Source of the DNA: a virus
Lineage: Duplodnaviria > Caudoviricetes
IMG/VR virus record: IMGVR_UViG_3300012347_000028
Coordinates: 1-42,027 of that record
Direction: 5' to 3' (one strand)
DNA length: 42,027 nucleotides
Shown: piece by piece, positions 26,982 through 35,590 of the stretch
Numbering within the stretch: position 1 is the stretch's first letter
Layout of the letters: each line of letters begins with the position of its first letter
The notes under the pieces: model-generated
Databases searched by the model: none
Told to the model about the DNA's origin: nothing
The model's input: the letters and a program-made list of their open reading frames with translations, nothing else
Program-made: the position numbers and the translations under genes

Positions 26982-29900
26982 ATGAGCTACGTTGGACTTC
27001 ACGTTCACACACACTACAGTCTTTTTGACGGCATTGCAACACCTACCGAATATGTAGATAGGGCTGCAGAACTTGGCATGTCAGCCATTGCCATCACAGA
27101 CCACGGCTCCTTGTCAGGACACCGTGAGATGTACCGTGTTGCCAAAGAAAAGGGTGTCAAGCCTATCCTGGGTATCGAGGGGTACATCACCAAGGACCGC
27201 TTCGACCATGAAGACAAGAAGGAAAAGAATGACCTACTTGACCTTAACTATAACCACCTTATTATCCTTGCAAAGAATGCAAAGGGTCTAGAGAACCTTA
27301 ATAAGCTTAACGAACTAGCCTGGACCGATGGTTTCTACAAGAAGCCTCGTATGGACTGGCAGATCCTAGAGCAGTACAAAGAGGGTCTAATCATTACGTC
27401 TGGGTGTCTATCTGGCTTCCTAGCTAAAGCAATCGAGGCAGATAATCTTGCTGTTGCTAAGGAACACATCCAGTGGGCAAAGTCTACCTTTGGTGACGAC
27501 TACTACATTGAGGTAATGCCTCACAACCCTGCAGAAGTCAACAAGCTTCTTCTAGAGCTTGCAGATGAGTTCGGGGTAAAGCCAGTGGTCACTCCAGACT
27601 GCCACCACTCAGACCCATCTCAAAAAGAGATTCAAGAACTAAAGCTTATCCTAAACTCATACTCAAATAAGATTGAGAAGGATGCCACATACGACAAGTC
27701 GCTGAAGTACGACAACCTTATGGACAAGTTGGACTACCTGTATGGCGCAGACCGTCAGATGTCATTCAACAAGTTCGACATTCACCTACTGTCTGATGAA
27801 GAGATGCGTAACGCCATGATGGCACAGGGCATTGACCGTGAGGACATGTACGCTAACACCAACGAGATTGCTAGCAAGATTGAAGACTATGACATCAAGG
27901 ATCATGCCAATCTGCTTCCTGTACAGTACCAGAACCCAGACCTAGAGTTGGCTAACCTTGCTATGCAGGGTTTGCGTGACCGTGGCATTGCGGATAAAGA
28001 GGGGTACGTAGAGAGACTTGAAGAAGAACTAAAGGTAATTGCAGACAAGAACTTTGGACCATACTTCCTAGTAGTACGCAACATGATTGCGTGGGCTAAG
28101 AAGGAGGACATCATGGTTGGACCAGGACGTGGTTCTGCTGCAGGTTCGCTACTCTGCTATGCCCTAGGTATTACAGACATTGATCCTATCCAGCACGGCT
28201 TGCTGTTCTTCCGTTTCATCAATCCAGAGCGTAACGACTTTCCAGATATCGATACAGACATTCAGGACTCTCGTCGTGAAGAGGTTAAGGACTATCTAGT
28301 TCGTCAGTATCGACACGTTGCGTCTATCGCAACATTCCTTGAGTTTAAGGATAAGGGTGTCGTTCGAGACATTGCACGTGTTCTAAACATACCACTGCCT
28401 GATGTAAACAAGGTTCTAAAAGTAATTGACACTTGGGACGACTACTGCAGCTCTAAGCAGGCTGCTTGGTTCCGTGAGAAGTATCCAGAGATTGAGCGAT
28501 ATGGAGACCTACTTCGTGGTCGCATCCGTGGTACTGGTATTCACGCTGCAGGTGTTGTTACTGCCAAGGAGCCTATCTTCCGCTACGCACCAATGGAGAC
28601 TCGTCAGTCCCCAGGATCTGGTGAGCGTATCCCAGTAGTTGCGGTAGACATGGAAGAGGCAGAGCGTATTGGTCTTATTAAGATTGACGCACTTGGTCTA
28701 AAGACCCTGTCTGTTATTCAGGATACCCTTAAGATTATTCAGAGCCGTAGTGGTAAGAAGATTGACCTGCTGTCTCTAAACATGGAGGAGCCAAAGGTAT
28801 ACGAGATGCTGTCATCTGGTTACACCAAGGGCGTGTTCCAGTGTGAAGCGACACCATACACCAACTTGCTAGTCAAGATGGGTGTAAAGAACTTTGCCGA
28901 ACTTGCTGCATCTAACGCTCTCGTGCGTCCAGGTGCTGCTAACACCATCGGTAAGGACTACATCGCACGTAAGCACGGTAAGCAGAACATCGCATACCAC
29001 CACCAGGTTATGAAGGCTTTTACTGCAGAGACCTATGGATGCATCTTGTACCAGGAACAGGTTATGCAGGCTTGTACAGAGCTTGGCGGTATGACCATGG
29101 CTGAGGCTGACAAGGTTCGTAAGATTATTGGTAAGAAGAAGGACGCTAAAGAGTTTAAGCAGTTCCAGGACAAATTTGTTCAGGGTGCTTCACGCTTTAT
29201 CCAGACACCAGTAGCAGAAGAGCTTTGGCACGACTTTGAGGCTCACGCAGGGTACTCGTTTAACAAGTCCCACGCTGTTGCATACTCAACCGTATCCTAC
29301 TGGACTGCATGGCTAAAGTACTACTACCCACTAGAGTTCATGTACTCTCTTCTAAAGAACGAGAAGGACAAGGATGCACGTACTGAGTACTTGATCGAAG
29401 CTAAGCGTATGAATATTCCTATTCGCCTACCACACATCAACGAGTCAGACAATGACTTCAAGATTGAGGGCAAGGGTATTCGATTCGGTCTAACTGGAAT
29501 CAAGTACATCTCTGAGAACGCTGCTAAGGTTTGCATGGACAATAGACCATTCAACTCATATGAGCAGGTTCGTGAACTCTTTTCACAAAAGGGTAATGGC
29601 GTGACCAGTAGACAGTTGGAAGCTCTCCGCAAGGTTGGTGCACTTACATTCCCAGACATGGCAAGAAACGATGAAGAGATTCGTGAGCACCTGTACGAGT
29701 ACCTGAACCTACCAGAGTTTAATATCACCGTTCCATCGCACTACTACGCTTTTATTGCTGGGGTAGAGGACTTCGAAGAGAAGGGTTCCTTTATCCTAAT
29801 GGGCATGGTAAAAGCTATTAAGCGTGGCAAGGGTTGGTCTCGTGTAGAGATCCTAGACAAGACTGGTAGTGTTGGCATCTTCGACGATGAGCAGACTACA

Positions 29901-30257
29901 ATCGAGCCAGGCAAGACCTACTTGCTATTGGCTAGCGACAATAGAATTACTAATGCAATTCAGGTAGACGACCTAAAGACTACAGACTCTGCACTAGTGA
30001 AGTTCCTGAATTATAAGCAGTTGCCTTACAAGGATGAGGAGATGTACGTAATCTCATTTAAATCCAGGGTAACTAAGGCAGGAAAGAAAATGGCAACACT
30101 AACTCTAGCAGACTCTGCAAGAGAGTTGCACTCAGTAACTGTATTCCCTACGAACTATTCAAAGGCTTATATGAAGGTTCAAGAGGGTAACGCATACAAA
30201 TTTGATTTTGGCAAAACCAAAGACGGAACAGTAATTATGGAGGATGTACATGTTTGA
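26982..30257 (+). CDS. dnaE: DNA polymerase III alpha subunit (family C)
   Basis: PHP HVHTHYS/TDHG, GPGRGSAAGS, FPDIDTD, GIHAAG, KIDALGL, YSFNKSHA. Confidence 0.97.
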   Translation: MSYVGLHVHTHYSLFDGIATPTEYVDRAAELGMSAIAITDHGSLSGHREMYRVAKEKGVKPILGIEGYITKDRFDHEDKKEKNDLLDLNYNHLIILAKNAKGLENLNKLNELAWTDGFYKKPRMDWQILEQYKEGLIITSGCLSGFLAKAIEADNLAVAKEHIQWAKSTFGDDYYIEVMPHNPAEVNKLLLELADEFGVKPVVTPDCHHSDPSQKEIQELKLILNSYSNKIEKDATYDKSLKYDNLMDKLDYLYGADRQMSFNKFDIHLLSDEEMRNAMMAQGIDREDMYANTNEIASKIEDYDIKDHANLLPVQYQNPDLELANLAMQGLRDRGIADKEGYVERLEEELKVIADKNFGPYFLVVRNMIAWAKKEDIMVGPGRGSAAGSLLCYALGITDIDPIQHGLLFFRFINPERNDFPDIDTDIQDSRREEVKDYLVRQYRHVASIATFLEFKDKGVVRDIARVLNIPLPDVNKVLKVIDTWDDYCSSKQAAWFREKYPEIERYGDLLRGRIRGTGIHAAGVVTAKEPIFRYAPMETRQSPGSGERIPVVAVDMEEAERIGLIKIDALGLKTLSVIQDTLKIIQSRSGKKIDLLSLNMEEPKVYEMLSSGYTKGVFQCEATPYTNLLVKMGVKNFAELAASNALVRPGAANTIGKDYIARKHGKQNIAYHHQVMKAFTAETYGCILYQEQVMQACTELGGMTMAEADKVRKIIGKKKDAKEFKQFQDKFVQGASRFIQTPVAEELWHDFEAHAGYSFNKSHAVAYSTVSYWTAWLKYYYPLEFMYSLLKNEKDKDARTEYLIEAKRMNIPIRLPHINESDNDFKIEGKGIRFGLTGIKYISENAAKVCMDNRPFNSYEQVRELFSQKGNGVTSRQLEALRKVGALTFPDMARNDEEIREHLYEYLNLPEFNITVPSHYYAFIAGVEDFEEKGSFILMGMVKAIKRGKGWSRVEILDKTGSVGIFDDEQTTIEPGKTYLLLASDNRITNAIQVDDLKTTDSALVKFLNYKQLPYKDEEMYVISFKSRVTKAGKKMATLTLADSARELHSVTVFPTNYSKAYMKVQEGNAYKFDFGKTKDGTVIMEDVHV

Positions 30258-30585
30258 TGAACTAGCTGAACAGCTGCACGAAACAGCAGTAGAAAAAGGT
30301 TTCTGGAAGGTCGTTGACGACGCTTCCGCAGAGCAGACGGATATCTTTATCACCAAGCAGCTAATGATGATTGTATCAGAGGCTACGGAGGTTATGGAGG
30401 CTATTCGTAAGGATAAGGGCGAGGAAGAGATCGCAGATGAGATGGCAGACATTCTCATCCGCACACTAGATCTCTACGCTGGTCTAGTCGAGCACGGCTA
30501 TACCAGAATGTCCCTAGACTACGCATTTGAGAAGAAGACTAATGTAAATAAGTCTAGAGCAGAGAAGCACGGAGTAAGATTCTAA
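30250..30585 (+). CDS. MazG-like nucleotide pyrophosphohydrolase
   Basis: SEATEVMEAIRK...EEIADEMADILIR acidic motif; RBS GGAGG favours ATG 30250. Confidence 0.8.
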   Translation: MFDELAEQLHETAVEKGFWKVVDDASAEQTDIFITKQLMMIVSEATEVMEAIRKDKGEEEIADEMADILIRTLDLYAGLVEHGYTRMSLDYAFEKKTNVNKSRAEKHGVRF

Positions 30586-31592
30586 TGACGACTATGGAAG
30601 AAGCAATGGCTTTGCTAGATCCAAAGCTACGCAAGAAGGTCCAGGCAGCAGTTGGCATTGAGACAGAGTTTCAGCCAACACCAAGTCCAGGTCTTAACAG
30701 AGCACTAGGTGGAGGCTTGCCATATGGTAGACAGGTTCTGCTGTGGGGTAGCAAGTCTAGTGCAAAGTCTTCTATGTGCCTACAGATGATTGGTCTGGCT
30801 CAGAAGGAAGGCAAGCTGTGTGCATGGGTAGACGCAGAGATGTCGTACGATGAATCATGGGCAAAGCGACTTGGAGTAGATACTTCACAGCTAATTTACT
30901 CAGAGGCACGAAGCATCAACGACATGACTGACGTAACCGTAGCATTGCTAAATGCAGGAGTTGACCTTATTGTCATCGACAGTATTAGCTCTCTTCTGCC
31001 AGCGGTATACTTCGAGAAGGACTCTACGGAGCTAAAGCAACTTGACCAGACTAAGCAGATTGGTTCTGAGTCTAAGGACCTTAAGCACGCATGGCTAATG
31101 ATTAACTACGCAAACAACCGTGAGAAGCCAGCACTTATCGTTGCAATCTCTCAGGCACGTAATAACATTACTGCTATGTACACTCAGCAACAGCCTACAG
31201 GGGGCTTGACAACTCAGTACATGTCGTCTACAATTATTAAGTTGTTCTCATCTACATCGGACTCACAGGCTATCAAGGCTAAGCTTCCGATCGGAGACAA
31301 GCTTATTGAGCAGAAGGTAGGTCGTAAGGTTCGTTGGGAAGTCACTAACTCAAAGACATCTGCCCCAGGCGATAGCGGAGAGTACGACTTCTACTTTAAG
31401 GGAGACCTGATTGGAATCGATGTAATTGCTGACCTAGTTGATACTGCAGAGATGAATGGTCTCGTGGAGAGAACTGGTGCATGGTACATCATTCAGGATG
31501 GCTCTAAGGTGCAGGGTAGGGATGCATTCATTAACTATGTTAAGAATAACCCAGAGTATCAGGAAGAACTAAAGGCAAAACTAAGTGTCTAA
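30585..31592 (+). CDS. recA: RecA/UvsX-like recombinase
   Basis: LGGGLPYGR, WVDAE, IVIDSI, TGAWY, VQGRD. Confidence 0.9.
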   Translation: MTTMEEAMALLDPKLRKKVQAAVGIETEFQPTPSPGLNRALGGGLPYGRQVLLWGSKSSAKSSMCLQMIGLAQKEGKLCAWVDAEMSYDESWAKRLGVDTSQLIYSEARSINDMTDVTVALLNAGVDLIVIDSISSLLPAVYFEKDSTELKQLDQTKQIGSESKDLKHAWLMINYANNREKPALIVAISQARNNITAMYTQQQPTGGLTTQYMSSTIIKLFSSTSDSQAIKAKLPIGDKLIEQKVGRKVRWEVTNSKTSAPGDSGEYDFYFKGDLIGIDVIADLVDTAEMNGLVERTGAWYIIQDGSKVQGRDAFINYVKNNPEYQEELKAKLSV

Positions 31593-31770
31593 ATACATTG
31601 TAATCTCAGGAAAATTCCCTTGCCACACATGTAAGGAAGAGGTGCTTACTCTGCGTTGTTATGGCGCAGATAAGCTTCTCACCTGGATGTGTAGTGAAAA
31701 GCACCTAAGCCAAGTAGTTTTCCCGACTAAGAAGAACAAGAAAGACTATGAGCGAGAAGAGCGAGAGTAA
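31585..31770 (+). CDS. Small zinc-ribbon protein
   Basis: CHTC...CSEKH; GTG start overlapping recA stop. Confidence 0.55.
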   Translation: MSKYIVISGKFPCHTCKEEVLTLRCYGADKLLTWMCSEKHLSQVVFPTKKNKKDYEREERE

Positions 31771-32032
31771 GCGTATTGGTGCTAAGCAGCACAAAAACTC
31801 AGGCAGAGGAACCCACAAGGGTGACGCTACATGGGAAAACTTCACGGTTGACTTCAAGGAAGTTGGCAAGTCGTTTACCCTCAACAAGGATGTATGGGCT
31901 AAGGCAACTACAGACGCAATTAGAAATGGAAATGACCCAGCTATCATCGTGGTAATTGGAGAAGGCAACACAAAAACAAGGCTCGCAGTAATAGAGTTAT
32001 CTTTGCTAGAGCAGATTCTTGAAGGAGAATAA
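31748..32032 (+). CDS. Hjc-like Holliday junction resolvase / PD-(D/E)xK nuclease
   Basis: NSGRG..KGD...VDFKE pattern of small phage resolvases. Confidence 0.6.
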   Translation: MSEKSESKRIGAKQHKNSGRGTHKGDATWENFTVDFKEVGKSFTLNKDVWAKATTDAIRNGNDPAIIVVIGEGNTKTRLAVIELSLLEQILEGE

Positions 32033-32640
32033 TGAAGACACTATTTTTGGATATTGAAACAACACCAATGCAGGTTTACGCATGGGGACTATGGGACCAG
32101 AACATCAGCATTGACCAGATCATTAAGAGTACTGAGATGCTTTGTTTCGGTGCACGTTGGCTAGGGGACAAGAAGGTAATCTTCAAGTCTGTACACCACG
32201 ATGGCAAGAAGGCTATGCTAGAAGAGCTACACAAGCTCATGGACGAGGCTGACGTTCTGGTTGGCTGGAACTCTGCTGCATTTGATCACAAGCACATTAA
32301 CCGTGAGTTCCTAGAAAACAAGATGGCTCCACCATCTCCTGTTAAGGACTTGGACCTAATGAGCATTACTAAGGCTAACTTCCAGTTCCCATCTAACAAG
32401 CTAGACTATGTTGCACAGAAGCTAGAGGTTGGCGCAAAGGTAAAGCACTCTGGATTTAAGCTATGGATCGACTGCATGGCAGGCGATGACAAGGCTTGGA
32501 AAGAGATGCGAAAGTACCAGATTCAGGATGTCAACCTGCTTATCGACCTGTACGAGCTTTTGCTCCCATGGTTTGTTTCTGGCGGTAGAGTAACCAGTAA
32601 GGAAAAGCAGGCTATACAAGAAGCTGACGGCGTGGTATAA
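32032..32640 (+). CDS. DEDD / RNase H-like 3'-5' exonuclease
   Basis: LDIET, GWNSAAFD, SNKLD, YQIQDV. Confidence 0.85.
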   Translation: MKTLFLDIETTPMQVYAWGLWDQNISIDQIIKSTEMLCFGARWLGDKKVIFKSVHHDGKKAMLEELHKLMDEADVLVGWNSAAFDHKHINREFLENKMAPPSPVKDLDLMSITKANFQFPSNKLDYVAQKLEVGAKVKHSGFKLWIDCMAGDDKAWKEMRKYQIQDVNLLIDLYELLLPWFVSGGRVTSKEKQAIQEADGVV

Positions 32641-32641
32641 T
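32633..32641 (+). promoter_or_regulatory. Extended -10 promoter (TGgTATAAT), leaderless transcript
   Basis: -10 ends 6 nt before ATG 32648; overlaps stop of previous gene. Confidence 0.65.
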
Positions 32642-32647
32642 AATACA

Positions 32648-32956
32648 ATGGAAACACAAAACAAAACGACAATTGATATGGTTAACGGTCTCTCAGAGAT
32701 TGCTGACTTTATGCAGGATGATGAGCTAGCGGATGCACTTGCATTCATTGCCAAGCTTTGCGTAAAGCCAGACATCCCACTTAATGTTGCTACTGTAGAG
32801 ATTGTAAGACTACAGGCTATTGCTGCAAAGATGGCTTTCAGGGCTACATGGATGGTTAACGTAGAAAAAGGAAACCGAGAGAAGAAGAACATCTACTTCA
32901 CAGCACACGAGGCTATTACTGACCTAGTGTCTGCTCTGAAGTACATTGTTAGGTAA
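32648..32956 (+). CDS. Hypothetical helical protein
   Basis: 102-aa ORF with phage-like codon usage. Confidence 0.7.
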   Translation: METQNKTTIDMVNGLSEIADFMQDDELADALAFIAKLCVKPDIPLNVATVEIVRLQAIAAKMAFRATWMVNVEKGNREKKNIYFTAHEAITDLVSALKYIVR

Positions 32957-32961
32957 TTATT

Positions 32962-33768
32962 ATGGCAAAGAATCTGTTGCAACAAGTTATGCTCAAGGTA
33001 GAGGACAAGGCTTCTAGCAAGCCTTCGTTCCTCGACCGTGACGCTCTGATTCAAAAGATCAACTCTGGATATACTATTAATCGTGTAGATAAGTTTGCTC
33101 AAAAGAAAACTTTCGCACCTAGCACCATTGCATATTCGCATGGAGAGTGTCCAAGGTACTGGTACCTAGCATTCGAAGGTGCTACATTCACCGATAATGC
33201 AGACGCATACGGTGGTGCAAACATGACTGCTGGTACAAAGTCTCACGAGCGTATTCAGGAGGCTATGGGCAACGTGCCTGGCTTCCTAGTAGACTCAGAG
33301 TTTAAGGTAACCTACAATGACCCACCTATCTTTGGTTACGGTGACGTAATCCTAAAGTGGGACGATGAAGATCTACTGGGTGAAATTAAGACCATGCCAC
33401 ACGAGGGCTTCGAGTATCGTAAGGCAAGCGGTAAGCCAAAGACTGGACACCTGATCCAGCTGCTTATCTATATGAAGATTCTAAACAAGACGAAAGCAGT
33501 CTTGATTTATGAAAACAAAAACAATCATGACCTACTGATCATTCCAGTAGAGATTAATGATTACTATGTACGGTGGGTAAACCAAGCATTTGACTGGATG
33601 AGAACGGTAAGAAAGGCGTGGGAAGAGAAAACACTTCCTAGCAAGAACTACCGATCTAATTCTAAAATCTGTAAGACGTGTCCTCTTAAGGCTACGTGTA
33701 CAGAGGCTGGCGAGGGACTATTGAAGATTAAGTCCTTGGAGCCGTTAGATGAAACACAAGCACTGTGA
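32962..33768 (+). CDS. Cas4-like (PD-(D/E)xK, Fe-S) exonuclease
   Basis: CPRYWY, GTKSHE, GYGD, EIKT, QLLIY, CKTCPLKATC. Confidence 0.85.
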   Translation: MAKNLLQQVMLKVEDKASSKPSFLDRDALIQKINSGYTINRVDKFAQKKTFAPSTIAYSHGECPRYWYLAFEGATFTDNADAYGGANMTAGTKSHERIQEAMGNVPGFLVDSEFKVTYNDPPIFGYGDVILKWDDEDLLGEIKTMPHEGFEYRKASGKPKTGHLIQLLIYMKILNKTKAVLIYENKNNHDLLIIPVEINDYYVRWVNQAFDWMRTVRKAWEEKTLPSKNYRSNSKICKTCPLKATCTEAGEGLLKIKSLEPLDETQAL

Positions 33769-34042
33769 GTGGTGTGACAACCAGTTTAATCCTGCAGTAT
33801 CTTATCAGATCTACTGCTCTGCAGAATGCAGACAGCTAGCAACTAGAGAAAAGATTGCAGAGAAGTACAACCAAATCCGTCGTAACAGAAGGGTTGGAAA
33901 ACTAAGGCAGTGTAAGAGCTGCGGTGCCAACCTTTCTGTCTACAACGATGATCAAATATGCAATGCATGTGCAATCAACCCAATAGATGTGAGCAAAGCA
34001 CTCAGAGAGATTAAAGGCATCGCCAATGGTAAATCTGAGTAA
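33749..34042 (+). CDS. Zinc-finger protein
   Basis: CEWC, YCSAEC, CKSC, CNAC. Confidence 0.7.
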   Translation: MKHKHCEWCDNQFNPAVSYQIYCSAECRQLATREKIAEKYNQIRRNRRVGKLRQCKSCGANLSVYNDDQICNACAINPIDVSKALREIKGIANGKSE

Positions 34043-34610
34043 GTTTTCTAATCAGCCAAAAACTATTATGGCTATCGATGCAAGTACGAACAGTCTTGCA
34101 TTTTCTATCTTTCACGAGCAAGAGCTAGTCTCATATGGCAAGATCAACTTCAAGGGCACTACAGCCTATGAGAAGCTGATAGACGCTTGTAGAAAAGTTC
34201 TAGGTCTATTCAAGGCTTATGACGGAGTCTCAGTAGAAGCTATCGTTATTGAGCACACAGTGTTCATTAACAGCCCGAAGACAGCAGCAGACCTTGCCCT
34301 TGTGCAGGGTAGCCTCCTAGGAGCAGCTGGTGTGTCGGGGGTAAAGCAGGTAAGATCCGTAGCACCAATCACTTGGCAAAACTTCATTGGTAACAAGAAG
34401 CTAACTAAGGAAGAACAGCTGGCAGTTCGTAAACAGTTGCCAGGCAAGTCTGACTCTTGGTACAAGTCTTACGAGAGACAGCTTAGAAAAGAAAAGACTA
34501 TACACTTTATAGACGTTCAATACGATATCAAGATTGACGACAACGATGTATCAGATGCAATTGCAATTGGTCATTATGCTGTTAATAATTGGGAAAGGTT
34601 GACAAAGTAA
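34026..34610 (+). CDS. RuvC-like Holliday junction resolvase
   Basis: MAIDAST, IVIE, PITW, DNDVSDAIAIG. Confidence 0.8.
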   Translation: MVNLSKFSNQPKTIMAIDASTNSLAFSIFHEQELVSYGKINFKGTTAYEKLIDACRKVLGLFKAYDGVSVEAIVIEHTVFINSPKTAADLALVQGSLLGAAGVSGVKQVRSVAPITWQNFIGNKKLTKEEQLAVRKQLPGKSDSWYKSYERQLRKEKTIHFIDVQYDIKIDDNDVSDAIAIGHYAVNNWERLTK

Positions 34611-34627
34611 ATCATGGCTGCTAAACT
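34599..34627 (+). promoter_or_regulatory. sigma-A promoter upstream of terminase region
   Basis: TTGACA-N17-TAAACT with TG extension. Confidence 0.6.
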
Positions 34628-34769
34628 ATATGCGTCAGAGGCGTGGCTAAAGAAACGCTACCACCTAGACAAGAAGACACCAGAAGAGATCGCTAAGGAA
34701 TGCGGTACAAGCGTAGAGACTATCTATGTTTATCTAGCTAAGTTTGGACTAAGGAAGTCAAGGAGATAA
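34614..34769 (+). CDS. Small helix-turn-helix protein (51 aa, absent from ORF track)
   Basis: MAAKLYASEAWLKKRYHLDKKTPEEIAKECGTSVETIYVYLAKFGLRKSRR; fills the gap exactly; HTH pattern EIAKECGTSVETIY. Confidence 0.8.
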   Translation: MAAKLYASEAWLKKRYHLDKKTPEEIAKECGTSVETIYVYLAKFGLRKSRR

Positions 34770-34770
34770 C

Positions 34771-35061
34771 ATGGCACGTAAAGCCAAGTACGAAGTACCA
34801 CCTATTGCACGTAAGTTTGTCAGAGAGCCAAACCTTGTGCTAGATGGCTTTGAGATTGCTCAGGGAGAGACTATCAAGGTCCGTGGTGAGTTTGGTGCAA
34901 AATTTAAGTTTCAGTATCTAGTTACCAACACAGAGACAGGTGCTCAGTGGATTGACTGCTTCGAGATTATCGGAGGAGTCGCATCGGTATTTAGATCATT
35001 TAAGGTAGACCGCATTAAGCGAGTACCTAAGCGAGGAAAGAGAGCAAAGCGTGTCAACTGA
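34771..35061 (+). CDS. Hypothetical protein (SH3-like beta barrel suspected)
   Basis: RBS AGGAG; 96 aa. Confidence 0.65.
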   Translation: MARKAKYEVPPIARKFVREPNLVLDGFEIAQGETIKVRGEFGAKFKFQYLVTNTETGAQWIDCFEIIGGVASVFRSFKVDRIKRVPKRGKRAKRVN

Positions 35062-35590
35062 GGACCAACTAGTAGAACACCTTGACCAAGTAAATAAGGT
35101 CGTAGAGAAGTATCTGACTGGTGCTGACGCTACCCAGATTTCTAAAGAACTTGTAATGCCAAGACAAAAGGTAGTGGCATACATCAACGAGTGGCGTTCA
35201 ATGGCTGCAGATAATGCTGCTATTCGTGCTCGTGCTAAGGAAGCACTTGTGGGTGCAGATACCCACTACTCAAAGCTTATCTCCAAGGCATACGAGGTTA
35301 TTGACGAGGCTACCACAACAGCTAACCTGCAGGCAAAGACCGCAGGCATTAAGCTAGTCATGGACCTGGAGTCTAAGCGTATTGATATGCTACAGAAGGC
35401 TGGTCTTCTAGAGAATAAAGAACTCGCAGAAGAAATGGTTGAGATTGAGCGTAAGCAGGATGTCCTTGTGAATATCCTAAAAGACATTGCGTCAGAGTAT
35501 CCGCAGATCCGTGACGAGATTATGCGTAGACTATCTTCTGTATCTAAGGAAAAAGAAGTAATTACCGTGGTGGTCAATAACGATGTTTGA
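35051..35590 (+). CDS. HTH protein, probable terminase small subunit
   Basis: N-terminal HTH (ATQISKELVMPRQKV) plus coiled coil; overlaps start of large terminase. Confidence 0.55.
   Translation: MSTEDQLVEHLDQVNKVVEKYLTGADATQISKELVMPRQKVVAYINEWRSMAADNAAIRARAKEALVGADTHYSKLISKAYEVIDEATTTANLQAKTAGIKLVMDLESKRIDMLQKAGLLENKELAEEMVEIERKQDVLVNILKDIASEYPQIRDEIMRRLSSVSKEKEVITVVVNNDV

Noticed and set aside
32962-33768. Cas4-like gene as sign of a CRISPR-Cas system
   Set aside because: No repeat-spacer array or other cas genes; solo Cas4-like nucleases are common in phage recombination modules.
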